The translations under genes were made by a program, and so were the position numbers. A DNA stretch of 64,000 bases from NCBI GenBank assembly GCA_043821445.1, contig JBDRCT010000029.1:7317-71316 (forward strand), written 5' to 3'. Source of the DNA: Candidatus Omnitrophota bacterium. GTDB taxonomy: Bacteria > Omnitrophota > Omnitrophia > Omnitrophales > Aquincolibacteriaceae. The first letter of the stretch is position 1. The number at the start of each line of letters is the position of its first letter. The notes beneath the pieces are model-generated. The model ran no database searches. It was not told where the DNA came from and saw nothing but the letters and a program-made list of their open reading frames with translations. Shown piece by piece: positions 19,557 through 28,874 of the stretch.

Positions 19557-20092
19557 TGATCACGATCCAAGAGCGCGTTACCCGGCAGGAGATCTTCCAG
19601 CTGATCCGCCTTTCGATCCAGGAACTTCACGCGGACAAAATAATCCTCGAGGATATGAATGGCACCCCGTTTCTTTTTAAGAGCAAGGATGCACAAGTTT
19701 GGGCGCGTATTTTTTACCGGTCGATGCGGGATTATTCCGTGGAAGAATTACAGCAGGAAATCAAAAAGCTTTGGGTGCTGATGCCTAACGATGCGATACT
19801 CTATCTTTTCTATCCAGAATTGGACCGGCAACAGATCTTCAAGATGAACGGCTTCAGTGATCGCTTGAGCTTTTTTGAGTACGGCGGGCTTTTGAGTGCA
19901 GATCGGGAAAAAGTTGGTGCCCGAATATGCAAATGGATTCCCTCTTCCATGCCTGCCCTCAGCCTGGCCCAAGATGGGGAGATGCTCTCCCGCGTTCATC
20001 TTTCCCCAGGGAGTTTTTTGCAAAGCGCTCGCCTGACATCACAGGAAATCGCAGGTCTCGCCGAATTGTCTTTGGCTTTGCATCGGGTCTGA
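19553..20092 (+). CDS. Hypothetical protein, third gene of the ParA-CBM48 module
   Basis: ATGA overlap with previous stop; no recognised family. Confidence 0.65.
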   Translation: MMITIQERVTRQEIFQLIRLSIQELHADKIILEDMNGTPFLFKSKDAQVWARIFYRSMRDYSVEELQQEIKKLWVLMPNDAILYLFYPELDRQQIFKMNGFSDRLSFFEYGGLLSADREKVGARICKWIPSSMPALSLAQDGEMLSRVHLSPGSFLQSARLTSQEIAGLAELSLALHRV

Positions 20093-20427
20093 AACAGCTC
20101 TTCCGGATAATCTCGCGATCTTTTGGGACATTGACGGGCGCTAAGGAACGTGCGTTTTTTTTCAATACGATAGCCGTTGACGTTTTTTGTCCTTTGCGGG
20201 AGAATGCCCCCGAGGTTTGGGATTTTGGGCACGGGCATGCGCTTTAGCAGGTTCAAAAAGAGAGAAGTAAGGAGCCGCCTTATTTTCTCTCAAGAAATAG
20301 TTTCTTCCGTTTTGAAAAAGTGAGGCGCGACGGTCCGGAAGCCCAGATCGCCCAAAGAGCTCGCTTGGATTTCGTGACAGCCTTTTTGATCGCCAATGTT
20401 CGTTTCAACAGGCCGGAAGGGGACATC

Positions 20428-21861
20428 ATGATGACTAAAGTTTGTCGGAGGCTTTCTCTCATTTCCACTCTTTTTTTTCTTCTTCTTTTTTGCGGAAAAG
20501 ACGCTTCCGCCCAGGAAGATCTCAAGAACGAAATCGGGACTGTCCACAGTGAAAGCCGGCTTACAGAAAAGATATCCAAAACCGCCGCCAAGTCGGAAGA
20601 AAAAGAGCGGACGGACAAATACAAGACGGGGATCACCTATGCGGACGTCCTGAAGGAACCCGACAATATCGACCTCAATTTCCGTTACGCGCAGGAGCAG
20701 ATCGTCAAGGGCAGACTTCTAGGCGCCGCGGCGACTTTGGAGCGTATTCTTCTTGTCAATCCGAACCTTGCGGATGTGCGGCTCCTTTACGGAGTCGTGC
20801 TTTACCGGCTGGACAATTTGAATGAGGCTCAGAGGGAGCTGGACGCCCTCAAGGCCGTGCCCCTGCCGGCCAGGATCAAACAGGACGTCAGCCTTTACCT
20901 AAAGAAGATCCAGTCGCGAAAAAGGAGCACCCACGTTTCCGTCCGGGAGTCCCTGGGATGGGGCTATGACACGAACCGTAACGCGTCGCCCTCTTCAAAG
21001 TTTCAGTGGTTTAACGAGGTCCCGCTCGCCACTACCGGCAACAACGTCAGGCGGCCCGACACGAATTTCCTGAACGTTACGACCGTGGACGTGAGCCATA
21101 ATCTGGGGTTCCAGGCCGGTCACTCCGTTTTCGGGTCTTTTACTTATTTCCTGCAGGAACAAACCAACGTGAATTCTCTGGATCTTAGTTCTTTTCAGTA
21201 TGAATTTGGCGGGACCTTCAAGAACAAACACGTCGATTTTACGCCGTCTTTTTATGCCAGCAACGTTCTCCTTTCCAGGGAAGGTTTTTTAAGGACCCAA
21301 GGGGGGAAATTCCTTTTCGAGCGTAACGTCACGAAAAGGCTGGGCGCGTTCTATAGTTTCGGAATCGAACGCCAGGATTACACGAACATTTTCGAGGACA
21401 ACAATGCCTACAACCGCAAAGGGCCCCAGATTGATAATTTTTTGGGGATCAACTATATGCTGCTCCCGACGATGCGATGGACCACGAGCGTCGGTTATTC
21501 CCATAAATTCGCCAAACAGGACTACTACGCTTACGACCACGTTACTCTGAATAACAGCCACACGTGGATCTTGCCGAAGGGGCAGTTTTTGATCAATGCG
21601 ATCAATGCCTATTTCGATAATTACGACGCGCCGGACTTTGCCGTCTCCCCCCGCAACCGCCATGACAAGATCATGAGGTACCGGGTGACGTACGGCGTGC
21701 CGCTCACGACGCTTTTGATCGGAAAGATCCTGCCCGGGCCGCTCAAGGACACGGTCTTTACTTTTTCCTACGAATATTACAGGTCTCTTTCGAATATCAC
21801 GAATTACTCGTATAACGACAGCAAACTCCAGGCGCTTCTCAACTTCCGATGGGAGTACTAG
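20428..21861 (+). CDS. TPR plus C-terminal beta-barrel outer-membrane protein (Slam/DUF560, T11SS-like)
   Basis: Signal peptide, TPR (AAATLERILLVNPN...VRL), GYDTN, aromatic-rich beta strands, terminal FRWEY beta-signal. Confidence 0.75.
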   Translation: MMTKVCRRLSLISTLFFLLLFCGKDASAQEDLKNEIGTVHSESRLTEKISKTAAKSEEKERTDKYKTGITYADVLKEPDNIDLNFRYAQEQIVKGRLLGAAATLERILLVNPNLADVRLLYGVVLYRLDNLNEAQRELDALKAVPLPARIKQDVSLYLKKIQSRKRSTHVSVRESLGWGYDTNRNASPSSKFQWFNEVPLATTGNNVRRPDTNFLNVTTVDVSHNLGFQAGHSVFGSFTYFLQEQTNVNSLDLSSFQYEFGGTFKNKHVDFTPSFYASNVLLSREGFLRTQGGKFLFERNVTKRLGAFYSFGIERQDYTNIFEDNNAYNRKGPQIDNFLGINYMLLPTMRWTTSVGYSHKFAKQDYYAYDHVTLNNSHTWILPKGQFLINAINAYFDNYDAPDFAVSPRNRHDKIMRYRVTYGVPLTTLLIGKILPGPLKDTVFTFSYEYYRSLSNITNYSYNDSKLQALLNFRWEY

Positions 21862-21941
21862 ACCGTGTCAATTTTGAAATTAAGGGTACACGGTAGAGTA
21901 CTGTTTACCCTGCTAAAATTAAATGGAGAACAGTGCTAGCC

Positions 21942-23279
21942 ATGAAAAAAACACCATCGTTCTTTGGTATTTTTTTGATGCTTGTTTTCAACGCGTCCGT
22001 TTCTGCCCAAGTCCCGCTTGCGGGGTCGGGAGCCGTTCCGGCGCAGGCGGGTCTTGAGCAGGTCGGGGTCGTGGCCGCCGCCTTCGGCAAGGTCGAGCTT
22101 AAAACGCCCGGCCAAGTCGGCCGCGTCGCCGAAAGCGGGAAGCCAGTCTTCATGGGCGATGAAGTAAAGACCGATGCGAAGGGGCGTTTGCAGATCCTGC
22201 TTCTTGACGAGACGGTTTTTACCGTTGGACCCGATAGCGCGATCGTGATCGATGATTTTGTTTATGACCCCGCGACCGATGAGGGGAAAGTAAGGGCAAG
22301 CGTTACCAAGGGTGTTTTCCGTTATGTTTCCGGGAGGATCGCGGCCAAAAAACCCAATAATGTCGCGATCAAACTCCCTTCGGCCATGATTGGTATCCGA
22401 GGAACGATCGTCGTGGGGCAAGTGGCGGCGCTTACCTCCCTTGCGATACTTATGGGCCCAGGCGAAAATAACGACGCCAGGGCCACAGTAGGAAGTTTTG
22501 TCGTCCAGGGCGAAGGGGCTCATGCAGGGGTGGAGCGAACTGTCAACCGGACGGGCTTCGGCGTTCAGGTGGACCAGACCGGAACGCTTTCCGCCACGTA
22601 CAAAGTTCCCGATGCTGACGTGAGCCGGTTGACTTCAGTTCTGGCCCCGGCGCAAGGATCGACCGAGGACTCCGGGCTGGGCGGCGGGGATTCCGCGACC
22701 AATCTTTCGGGCGAAGGGGGGGTGATCACGGAAGAAAATTCGAATATTTCCGGAGGCGTTACTGAGATTTCCAACAGCCTCGGCGATGATTCAACAAAGG
22801 GCGCCCAAGACACGGCCTCGGGCGCCACCAGCGTCGCGGACGGTATTTCAAAAATAGTGGATCTGGCGCGCATCACGACAGGGATTTTCTATTACTCCGC
22901 CTATGGATCATATCCGGGCGTTGGAGGCTACGCATCCGGACAATTGGAAATTAATTTTGGCACAAGAACGATTGGCAGCGGAAATTCCAATCTTTACGTC
23001 ACCGACGGCACCAACTGGGACGAGACATCGAGCTTCAGCGGCGGCGCAAAGTCTTTTGACCAGGCGGTTGGCGGGGGGCCTAACGCGGTTTACGATTGGA
23101 GCGGCACACCCGGCGACAACGGCGGCACTTTTACGACACTTCAGGTTACGCTTTCCAATGTCGGCGGAGAGGTCGCCCATCATGCAACGGTAGATTATAG
23201 CTACTCACAGGGCGGTACGGGTCCGATTAGTGGTAGCGGTAGCGCCACCGGAGACCGTTATGCGGGGTCCGCCCCCTGA
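21942..23279 (+). CDS. Secreted FecR-domain protein with a Ser/Gly/Thr linker and C-terminal beta-rich (TbpB-barrel-like) domain
   Basis: GD.VKT...GRLQILLLDETVFTVGPDS..IDDFVYDP, GVFRYVSG, IGIRGT. Confidence 0.8.
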   Translation: MKKTPSFFGIFLMLVFNASVSAQVPLAGSGAVPAQAGLEQVGVVAAAFGKVELKTPGQVGRVAESGKPVFMGDEVKTDAKGRLQILLLDETVFTVGPDSAIVIDDFVYDPATDEGKVRASVTKGVFRYVSGRIAAKKPNNVAIKLPSAMIGIRGTIVVGQVAALTSLAILMGPGENNDARATVGSFVVQGEGAHAGVERTVNRTGFGVQVDQTGTLSATYKVPDADVSRLTSVLAPAQGSTEDSGLGGGDSATNLSGEGGVITEENSNISGGVTEISNSLGDDSTKGAQDTASGATSVADGISKIVDLARITTGIFYYSAYGSYPGVGGYASGQLEINFGTRTIGSGNSNLYVTDGTNWDETSSFSGGAKSFDQAVGGGPNAVYDWSGTPGDNGGTFTTLQVTLSNVGGEVAHHATVDYSYSQGGTGPISGSGSATGDRYAGSAP

Positions 23280-23313
23280 ACGGGACATTTCCATTCTGAA
23301 ACGGAATCAAAGA

Positions 23314-23350
23314 AAAGGGGACAGGCAATCAATGAATGCCTGTCCCCTTT
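23314..23350. repeat. Inverted repeat (terminator or REP-like) between the FecR genes
   Basis: AAAGGGGACAGGCA...TGCCTGTCCCCTTT perfect 14-bp stem. Confidence 0.65.
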
Positions 23351-23369
23351 ACCTTTAAGGAAAATTCTC

Positions 23370-24227
23370 ATGAAAAAAAATATTCTCTGGATTTCCGTTA
23401 CTTTGATCGTTGCACTGATCGGGGCGTGGGGTGTTCTGTCCGCGCAGCCCGCGGGGCCGGCGCAGGCGGGGGTGGCGGGCGCCGTGAGGGGAGAGGTAAA
23501 GGCGGCGCCGGAAAGCGCGGCGGAGCGGCCTCTTAAAAGCGGTGACAAGATTTTTATGGGTGACCGGATCGAAACGGGCAAGGATGGCCAGATGCAGGTC
23601 CTTTTGCTCGATGAGACCGTTTTCACGCTTGGGCCTTCGAGCGCGACGGTCGTGGATGAATTCGTTTACGATCCGGCAACCGATGACGGCAAGGTGCGGG
23701 CCAGTATGCTGAAGGGGATCTTCCGTATCGTCACCGGAAGTGTGGCGCACAAAAAACCGGAGAACATGGAGGTCGCGCTCCCGGCCGGGGTCATTGGCTT
23801 TCGTGGCACGATCGTCGGCGGCATCATTGAAGGTTTGCGGTCGATGGTCGCGCTTCTGGGCCCCGAGCAGGCGGCCGGGCAGATCTACGTGAGCAATACG
23901 GTGAATGGCAAAACGGTCGGCGTGGATATCACGCAAGGCGGATACGGCACGGTCATAGGTGGCGCCGGCATTGCGCCGGTCCCCGCGTTCCACATTCCCG
24001 AGTCAGACCTTAACCGGATTGCGAACGCGGTAGGGCAGTCCATGACTCCCGGCGCGGCGGCCGAAACGACCGGGGAAGACATGACGACGGCCTCGAAAGC
24101 GAGAACGGGCGCTGGTGCGGAGGCTGCGGGAGAGCTCTTCAAGACCACGGATAAGATGGATCAGTATTCGCAGCAGGCCGCTCAGGATAAGGGGAGCAGT
24201 TCGTCGTCAGGCCATAGTTCCAGTTAA
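23370..24227 (+). CDS. Second secreted FecR-domain protein (short paralog)
   Basis: GDRIETG..GQMQVLLLDETVFTLGPSS..VDEFVYDP, IGFRGT; clearly paralogous to 21942..23279. Confidence 0.82.
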   Translation: MKKNILWISVTLIVALIGAWGVLSAQPAGPAQAGVAGAVRGEVKAAPESAAERPLKSGDKIFMGDRIETGKDGQMQVLLLDETVFTLGPSSATVVDEFVYDPATDDGKVRASMLKGIFRIVTGSVAHKKPENMEVALPAGVIGFRGTIVGGIIEGLRSMVALLGPEQAAGQIYVSNTVNGKTVGVDITQGGYGTVIGGAGIAPVPAFHIPESDLNRIANAVGQSMTPGAAAETTGEDMTTASKARTGAGAEAAGELFKTTDKMDQYSQQAAQDKGSSSSSGHSSS

Positions 24228-24250
24228 AAAGCAGAAATAAAGGCGCCCCT

Positions 24251-25980
24251 TTATTTTGGAGGTCGCGATGGTGACACCGTCCCAGGATGGGCCCGGCGGA
24301 TCGGCGCGGCAGGATTGAACGCGGGATGCGTAGAGATCGTAAAGTGGCCCCAGTTCAATGTCCGGCAACTTGATCTTCCTGCAGTTTTCAAGCGATTTTT
24401 CGACTTCTTCCCAACGTCCGCTCCGGTAAGAGGCGAGCATCCGTTCTTGTTCCGTTTTGAGTTCCCGGAAGACCGCGCGGTCGTTTAAATCCTTATCTCC
24501 CAAAAGTGCGAAGATATTGACCGGGGTCTTCTTTCCCTTCACACGGATCAGGTCCACTTCCAGGGCCGCATTTCCGGCACTCCTGCCATTGTATTGGCCC
24601 CCAGGATGGTGGTCGTGCCATAATTTTTTGAGGCGCCTTCCAGCCGCGAGGCGAAATTGACGTCATCGCCCAGGACCGTGTAATCGAACCGATGCTCGGA
24701 CCCCATGTTGCCGACGCAAGCCTCGCCGGTATTGATGCCGACACCGCTCTTGATCTCCAGGAACGGTTTGCCTCGCTCCTCAGCCTCCCGCTTCCGGAGT
24801 GCGTTCCACTCCCGCAGGAACTGCTGCATCTCGATTGCCGCGAGACACGCGTGTTTTGCATGGTCCTTGTCCCCGAGCGGAGCGTTCCAGAACGCCATGA
24901 TGCAGTCCCCGATGTGTTTATCGATCGTGCCGCCGTGCTTCAGGATGATATCGGTCATGGGCGTCATGTAATGGTTCATGAATTTTGTGAGTTCCTGGGC
25001 GGTCATGGTCTCGGAAAGGCTCGTGAAACTCCGGATATCCGAAAAAAGAAAGGTCATGGTCCTGGTCTCGCCGCCGAGCTTGAGCTGTTTCGGATCCTTG
25101 ACCGGTTTTGCCACCAAGGCCGGGGAAAGATAACGGCTGAAGGCGCCGCGGATCTGGCTTTTCTCGCACTCGGTACGCAAAAAATTCAGGAATGAGGACA
25201 CAAGATAGATGAGGAAGATCACAAGCGATGGGAACACGGGGTCCGTGAGCAGATGGTGCCGATCAAAGGCGTACCACGAAAGTCCCATGGCGAGCGTCAC
25301 GGCCGTGATGCCGACCGCTGCGCAGAGAACGGCGCCCGCCCGCGGCAAAAGCAGGATCAAAATGAGCCCCAGCAGGACCAGGTAACTGAATTCGGCGCCT
25401 TCGGCCCAGTCCGGCCGTTCGAGGAAGTTTTGAAGAAGGATCTGTTCGGCGATCCCCGCATGGATCTTCACCCCCGGAGCGCGCGGATTGAGCGGCGTTG
25501 AACGGAGATCTTTAAGGCCTGCCGCGCTTGTCCCGATAAAAAGCAGGGTCCCTTCCAGACTCGCAAGGTCAAAATCGTCCGAGAGAACCTTCCAGGCCGG
25601 GAGGTAACGTTCGGGCTGATCGCCCGTATCATAAAGCCAGACCCTGCCGTGTTTGTCCGTGGGAATCGTGAGTTTGCCGATGCGGACCTTCACGATGCCC
25701 GTCCTTTCTCCGAAGGCCCGTTCGCCGCTGCCGCCGCTGAGCTTGATCTTGTAGAGGGTCGCCCCTTGTGCGACCCGCAGGGCTTCCGCTGCCAGGGAAG
25801 GATAAATGGTTTCCCGCAGGTTGAAAAAGAGGGGGAGACGGCGGATGACGTTATCCCGGTCATCCGGCATCGCGATGCTTCCGTTGCCGGCCGCGGCTTT
25901 CTCCAAAACGGGCAGATCGACAACAGCGCCCTCATAAGAAGGGCGAAGGTGGTCGATGGCCTTATCGCCCGCGATGCCGC
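24251..25980 (-). pseudogene. CHASE2-domain class III adenylate/guanylate cyclase pseudogene
   Basis: CHASE2 GTSAAGLKDLRSTP, three TMs, FSDIRSFT, GDCIMAFWNAP, GDDVNFASRLEG; frameshift near 24570 (continues as DLIRVKGK); extra A removes the stop after ATSK; 5' part missing. Confidence 0.85.
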
Positions 25981-26121
25981 CGTTCCCGTTCGAAGCCGCG
26001 ATTGCCGTTTCTCGATCAGTCCCGAAGACGGAGCTTGGTCAAAATTTCAATGATCAAGATCATACAAAAAAATCCAACTTAGAACGGTGCCGGGTAAACG
26101 AGGGCCAAACTAATTTAAAAG

Positions 26122-27450
26122 TGTTAAGAGCACGTCAAGATGTCCGCTTTCCGTAGCACGTGATTTGTCCGCTTTTGGTTTTTGGTTATTTTGAGCTCCT
26201 GGGTTTCTTCGGGTTTGAATTTGGCAATTATGTGCGGTCCGTAGGTGACGGTGATTGATTCATCGAGATGCTCATGGATCGTAACTTTGCATTTAGCAAA
26301 GGAGATTCTGAATTTCGAAGGTTGAATCTAAAGGATCCTGTTGTTCCAGTGTACGGTGTTGTCGCATCCGACGGAACGTTGCTCTTTGATTGAGAAGACG
26401 AGGTCAAGGTTCTTGCCCCGGTGAGGGGTAAAGGCCGTTCCTTTTTGTTCCGGGGGTTTTACGAAAGATGCCCGGTACTGTGGCAGAAAGGTCTCAAGGA
26501 TGTAGCGGTTGGCATCGGGAATGGTCTTGATGCCGTAGAGTTTGAGTTCATTGGGCAAACGACCCTGTCATGTTCCGAAGATCCTTTCGGATCGGCCCCG
26601 TGCTTGAGGGGAATAGGCAGGAATGGGCTCGATGCCGAGCTCGTAGAGAGCTTGTCCGATCTGAGTGAGATTAGAGAGATCGACTTTGGGGCTAGACGGC
26701 AGGGTTCGGAAGAAGTGACTGGCGCGATCCGAATAAAGGAGGCAAAAGACCCCCTTGGACCGGACCACATGGCGTAGAGCGAGCATGCATTCCCTGGAGT
26801 TTTCCTGGGGAACGAGCTTGGCGTAATAGATGTCACCGGTGGCATCATCAGCGACCACGATGAGATCTTGGTGGCCTGGAAGGTTCGGGATCCATGAATG
26901 CGTGGAACCGTCGATATGGAGCATCATTCCCGGGATGGGTTTTCTGGGCCGGCGTTGGTGGTGTTTTGATTTTTTGGAGCGGACCTCGACGTACCCAGCG
27001 CCTTGGAGCAGGTTTTTAACCCAGGTGTATTTATAACCGATGCCGTGCTTGGCGAGTTGTTCATAAAAGTGCCATGTGTTCCAATCTTTGTATTGGTCGC
27101 GGTAGAGCTGAAGAACGCGGCTTCTGACGGGTTCTGGCGCCCTTTTAGGGCTCGGACGCCTGCTTCTGCGGTCGAGAATGCTTTCGTAGCCGCCCAGTTC
27201 GACGGATTCTTTCCAGCGGCGAATGGTGCGTTCGTCAACTTTCAAGATTTCAGCAACCTCTCTCCAGGTTAAGGATTTGTGATAGGCCCTGGTGAAGACA
27301 TCTTGTATTTTCATGATCCGCTCCCATTGAGCCGGGGGATAGAGCATAATCAGCCTCCTGTTCTGAGCTTGAAAAGCTGATTATACGGTCCGGCATAAAA
27401 GCGGACATTTCACGTGCTACGGAAAGCAGACAATTCATTAGCTTACGACA
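26122..27450 (-). mobile_element. IS1202/ISNCY-type insertion sequence, about 1.33 kb
   Basis: TGT...ACA ends; about 54-bp imperfect terminal IRs sharing GCTTTCCGTAGCACGTGA..TGTCCGCTTTT with internally repeated motifs; no flanking direct repeat seen. Confidence 0.85.
26124..27347 (-). pseudogene. DDE transposase with two in-frame nonsense codons
   Basis: HTH, HIDGS.H.W, DDAT, YSDR, SPQARGRSERIFGT*QGRL (TGA at 26568-70, likely Trp) and RIL*IQP (TAG at 26328-30, likely Gln); frame continues to TAA at 26124. Confidence 0.88.
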
Positions 27451-27539
27451 GCGTTGGTCACTTCCATTGACAACGCCCCCTAAAACGATAATAATAAGTT
27501 AGCTTCTGTATCCCACAATGCCTCCAAAGGAGAACGACC

Positions 27540-28076
27540 ATGGCCAATAATAAAAAGAAGGAAGATATCCAGGAGAAGATTCTTGACGTTGACGCGAGCA
27601 TGCAGGGCACGATTTCGTTCAAGGATCCCGTGAATTTGCGCATCAACGGAAGTTTTGAGGGCAAGCTTGACACGCGCGGCAATCTCACGATCGGCGAGAA
27701 CGCCAAGGTCAGCGCGAATATTCACGGCGACAATATCGTCATAGCCGGAAAAGTTTCCGGAGATGTCATGGCGACTCAAAGCATTTCCATTCTTGGAACG
27801 GCAACTCTCAAAGGGAACCTTACCACGCCACGCTTGAGCATCGGAGACGGCGCAATCCTTCAAGGACTTGTGAATATGCAAGGCCTGAGCGTTTCAGATG
27901 GATCGGATGTTTTTTTGACTTTAAAGGATGTGGCGCAGTATTTGGAGGTGGAGGCTCGCATTATTGAAGAGTGGGCACATTCCAAAAAGATCCCGGCCCG
28001 TTTTGATAATGGTCACTGGATCTTTACCAAGACCGAGGTGGATCAATGGGTCCAGCGGGAGAGGGCTTCGGTCTAA
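27540..28076 (+). CDS. Bactofilin (polymer-forming cytoskeletal) domain fused to an excisionase-type HTH
   Basis: LRING.FEGKL...LTIGENAKVSANI...IAGKV.GDV...GAILQG bactofilin repeats, then LTLKDVAQYLEV...W...KIPA...GHWIF HTH_17; AAGGAG RBS and upstream TTGACA promoter. Confidence 0.88.
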   Translation: MANNKKKEDIQEKILDVDASMQGTISFKDPVNLRINGSFEGKLDTRGNLTIGENAKVSANIHGDNIVIAGKVSGDVMATQSISILGTATLKGNLTTPRLSIGDGAILQGLVNMQGLSVSDGSDVFLTLKDVAQYLEVEARIIEEWAHSKKIPARFDNGHWIFTKTEVDQWVQRERASV

Positions 28077-28155
28077 CGTCGCGCGTTTTGTCCGCGGTGT
28101 TTTTCCTGTCGCAAAGCATTCTCACGCTTTTTAGCTATAAGGCGACTAATACATT

Positions 28156-28464
28156 ATGAATAACATGCTGACCTTCGACGAGGTGAAAAACTTTCTCGGG
28201 GTCGAACAACAAGTGATCGAGCAGTTCATCCGGGATGAAGTTTTGCACGCCTACAAGATCGGCGGCGTGTATATTCGCTTCCGGAAAGAAGAGGTTCTCG
28301 GTCTTAAGTATGATGTCCTGCTTAAGAAAAAAAAAGGCGCGACTTCCGGTTCCTTCGGGCAGCGGTTGTGGGATTTTTGGCGATTCAATAATTTTTATAT
28401 CATCTCCGTTCTGATCATCGCGGCATTGGCGTATTGGTTTTTGCACACCACGGTGTCTTCTTAG
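28156..28464 (+). CDS. Excisionase-type HTH protein with C-terminal TM helix
   Basis: LTFDEVKNFLGV...LHAYKIGGVYIRFRKEEV followed by hydrophobic FYIISVLIIAALAYWFL. Confidence 0.8.
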   Translation: MNNMLTFDEVKNFLGVEQQVIEQFIRDEVLHAYKIGGVYIRFRKEEVLGLKYDVLLKKKKGATSGSFGQRLWDFWRFNNFYIISVLIIAALAYWFLHTTVSS

Positions 28465-28474
28465 GGCGGCTATT

Positions 28475-28858
28475 TTGAAAATCCTTCAGGGTATCGATCT
28501 GGTCAAGGTCGAGCGGATGGAACGGACGATCGAGCGGACGTCAGGGAAGGCCTTTCTGAATCGCGTTTTTAGCGCTGTGGAGCAGGCCTATTGCGGCTCT
28601 AAACGCATGAAATTCGAGCATTACGCGGCCCGCCTTGCTGCAAAAGAAGCGGTTCTGAAGGCCCTCAAGGTTCGTCCGAAAAAAAACAGGCGGCTTTCGG
28701 AGATCGAGGTCAGGCACGAAGCTACCGGGAAGCCGTTTATTGCCCTAAGCTTAAAGTGTCGCAAGCAGTTCCATATCCCGGCACAGGCTCAGATCGAGTT
28801 GTCGGTTGCGCACGAACGTGAGTATGCGATCGCGACCGTTGTGGTCGTGATTCCCTAG
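28475..28858 (+). CDS. acpS: Holo-ACP synthase
   Basis: GIDLV, FLNRVFS..E, AARLAAKEA..KAL, GKP, LSVAHEREYA.A.V. Confidence 0.93.
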   Translation: MKILQGIDLVKVERMERTIERTSGKAFLNRVFSAVEQAYCGSKRMKFEHYAARLAAKEAVLKALKVRPKKNRRLSEIEVRHEATGKPFIALSLKCRKQFHIPAQAQIELSVAHEREYAIATVVVVIP

Positions 28859-28874
28859 AAAAAAGAGATATGAA

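Noticed and set aside
26124-27347. Stop-codon reassignment (TGA=Trp, TAG=Gln) suggested by the transposase in-frame stops
   Set aside because: Many intact housekeeping genes here end properly in TGA or TAG (nusB, ribD, proB, uvrC), so these are ordinary nonsense mutations.
26090-27500. XerCD dif-like site next to the IS1202-type element
   Set aside because: Neither flank shows a TTATGTTAAAT-like XerD arm; the AT-rich right flank is better explained as the TTGACA promoter of the bactofilin gene.
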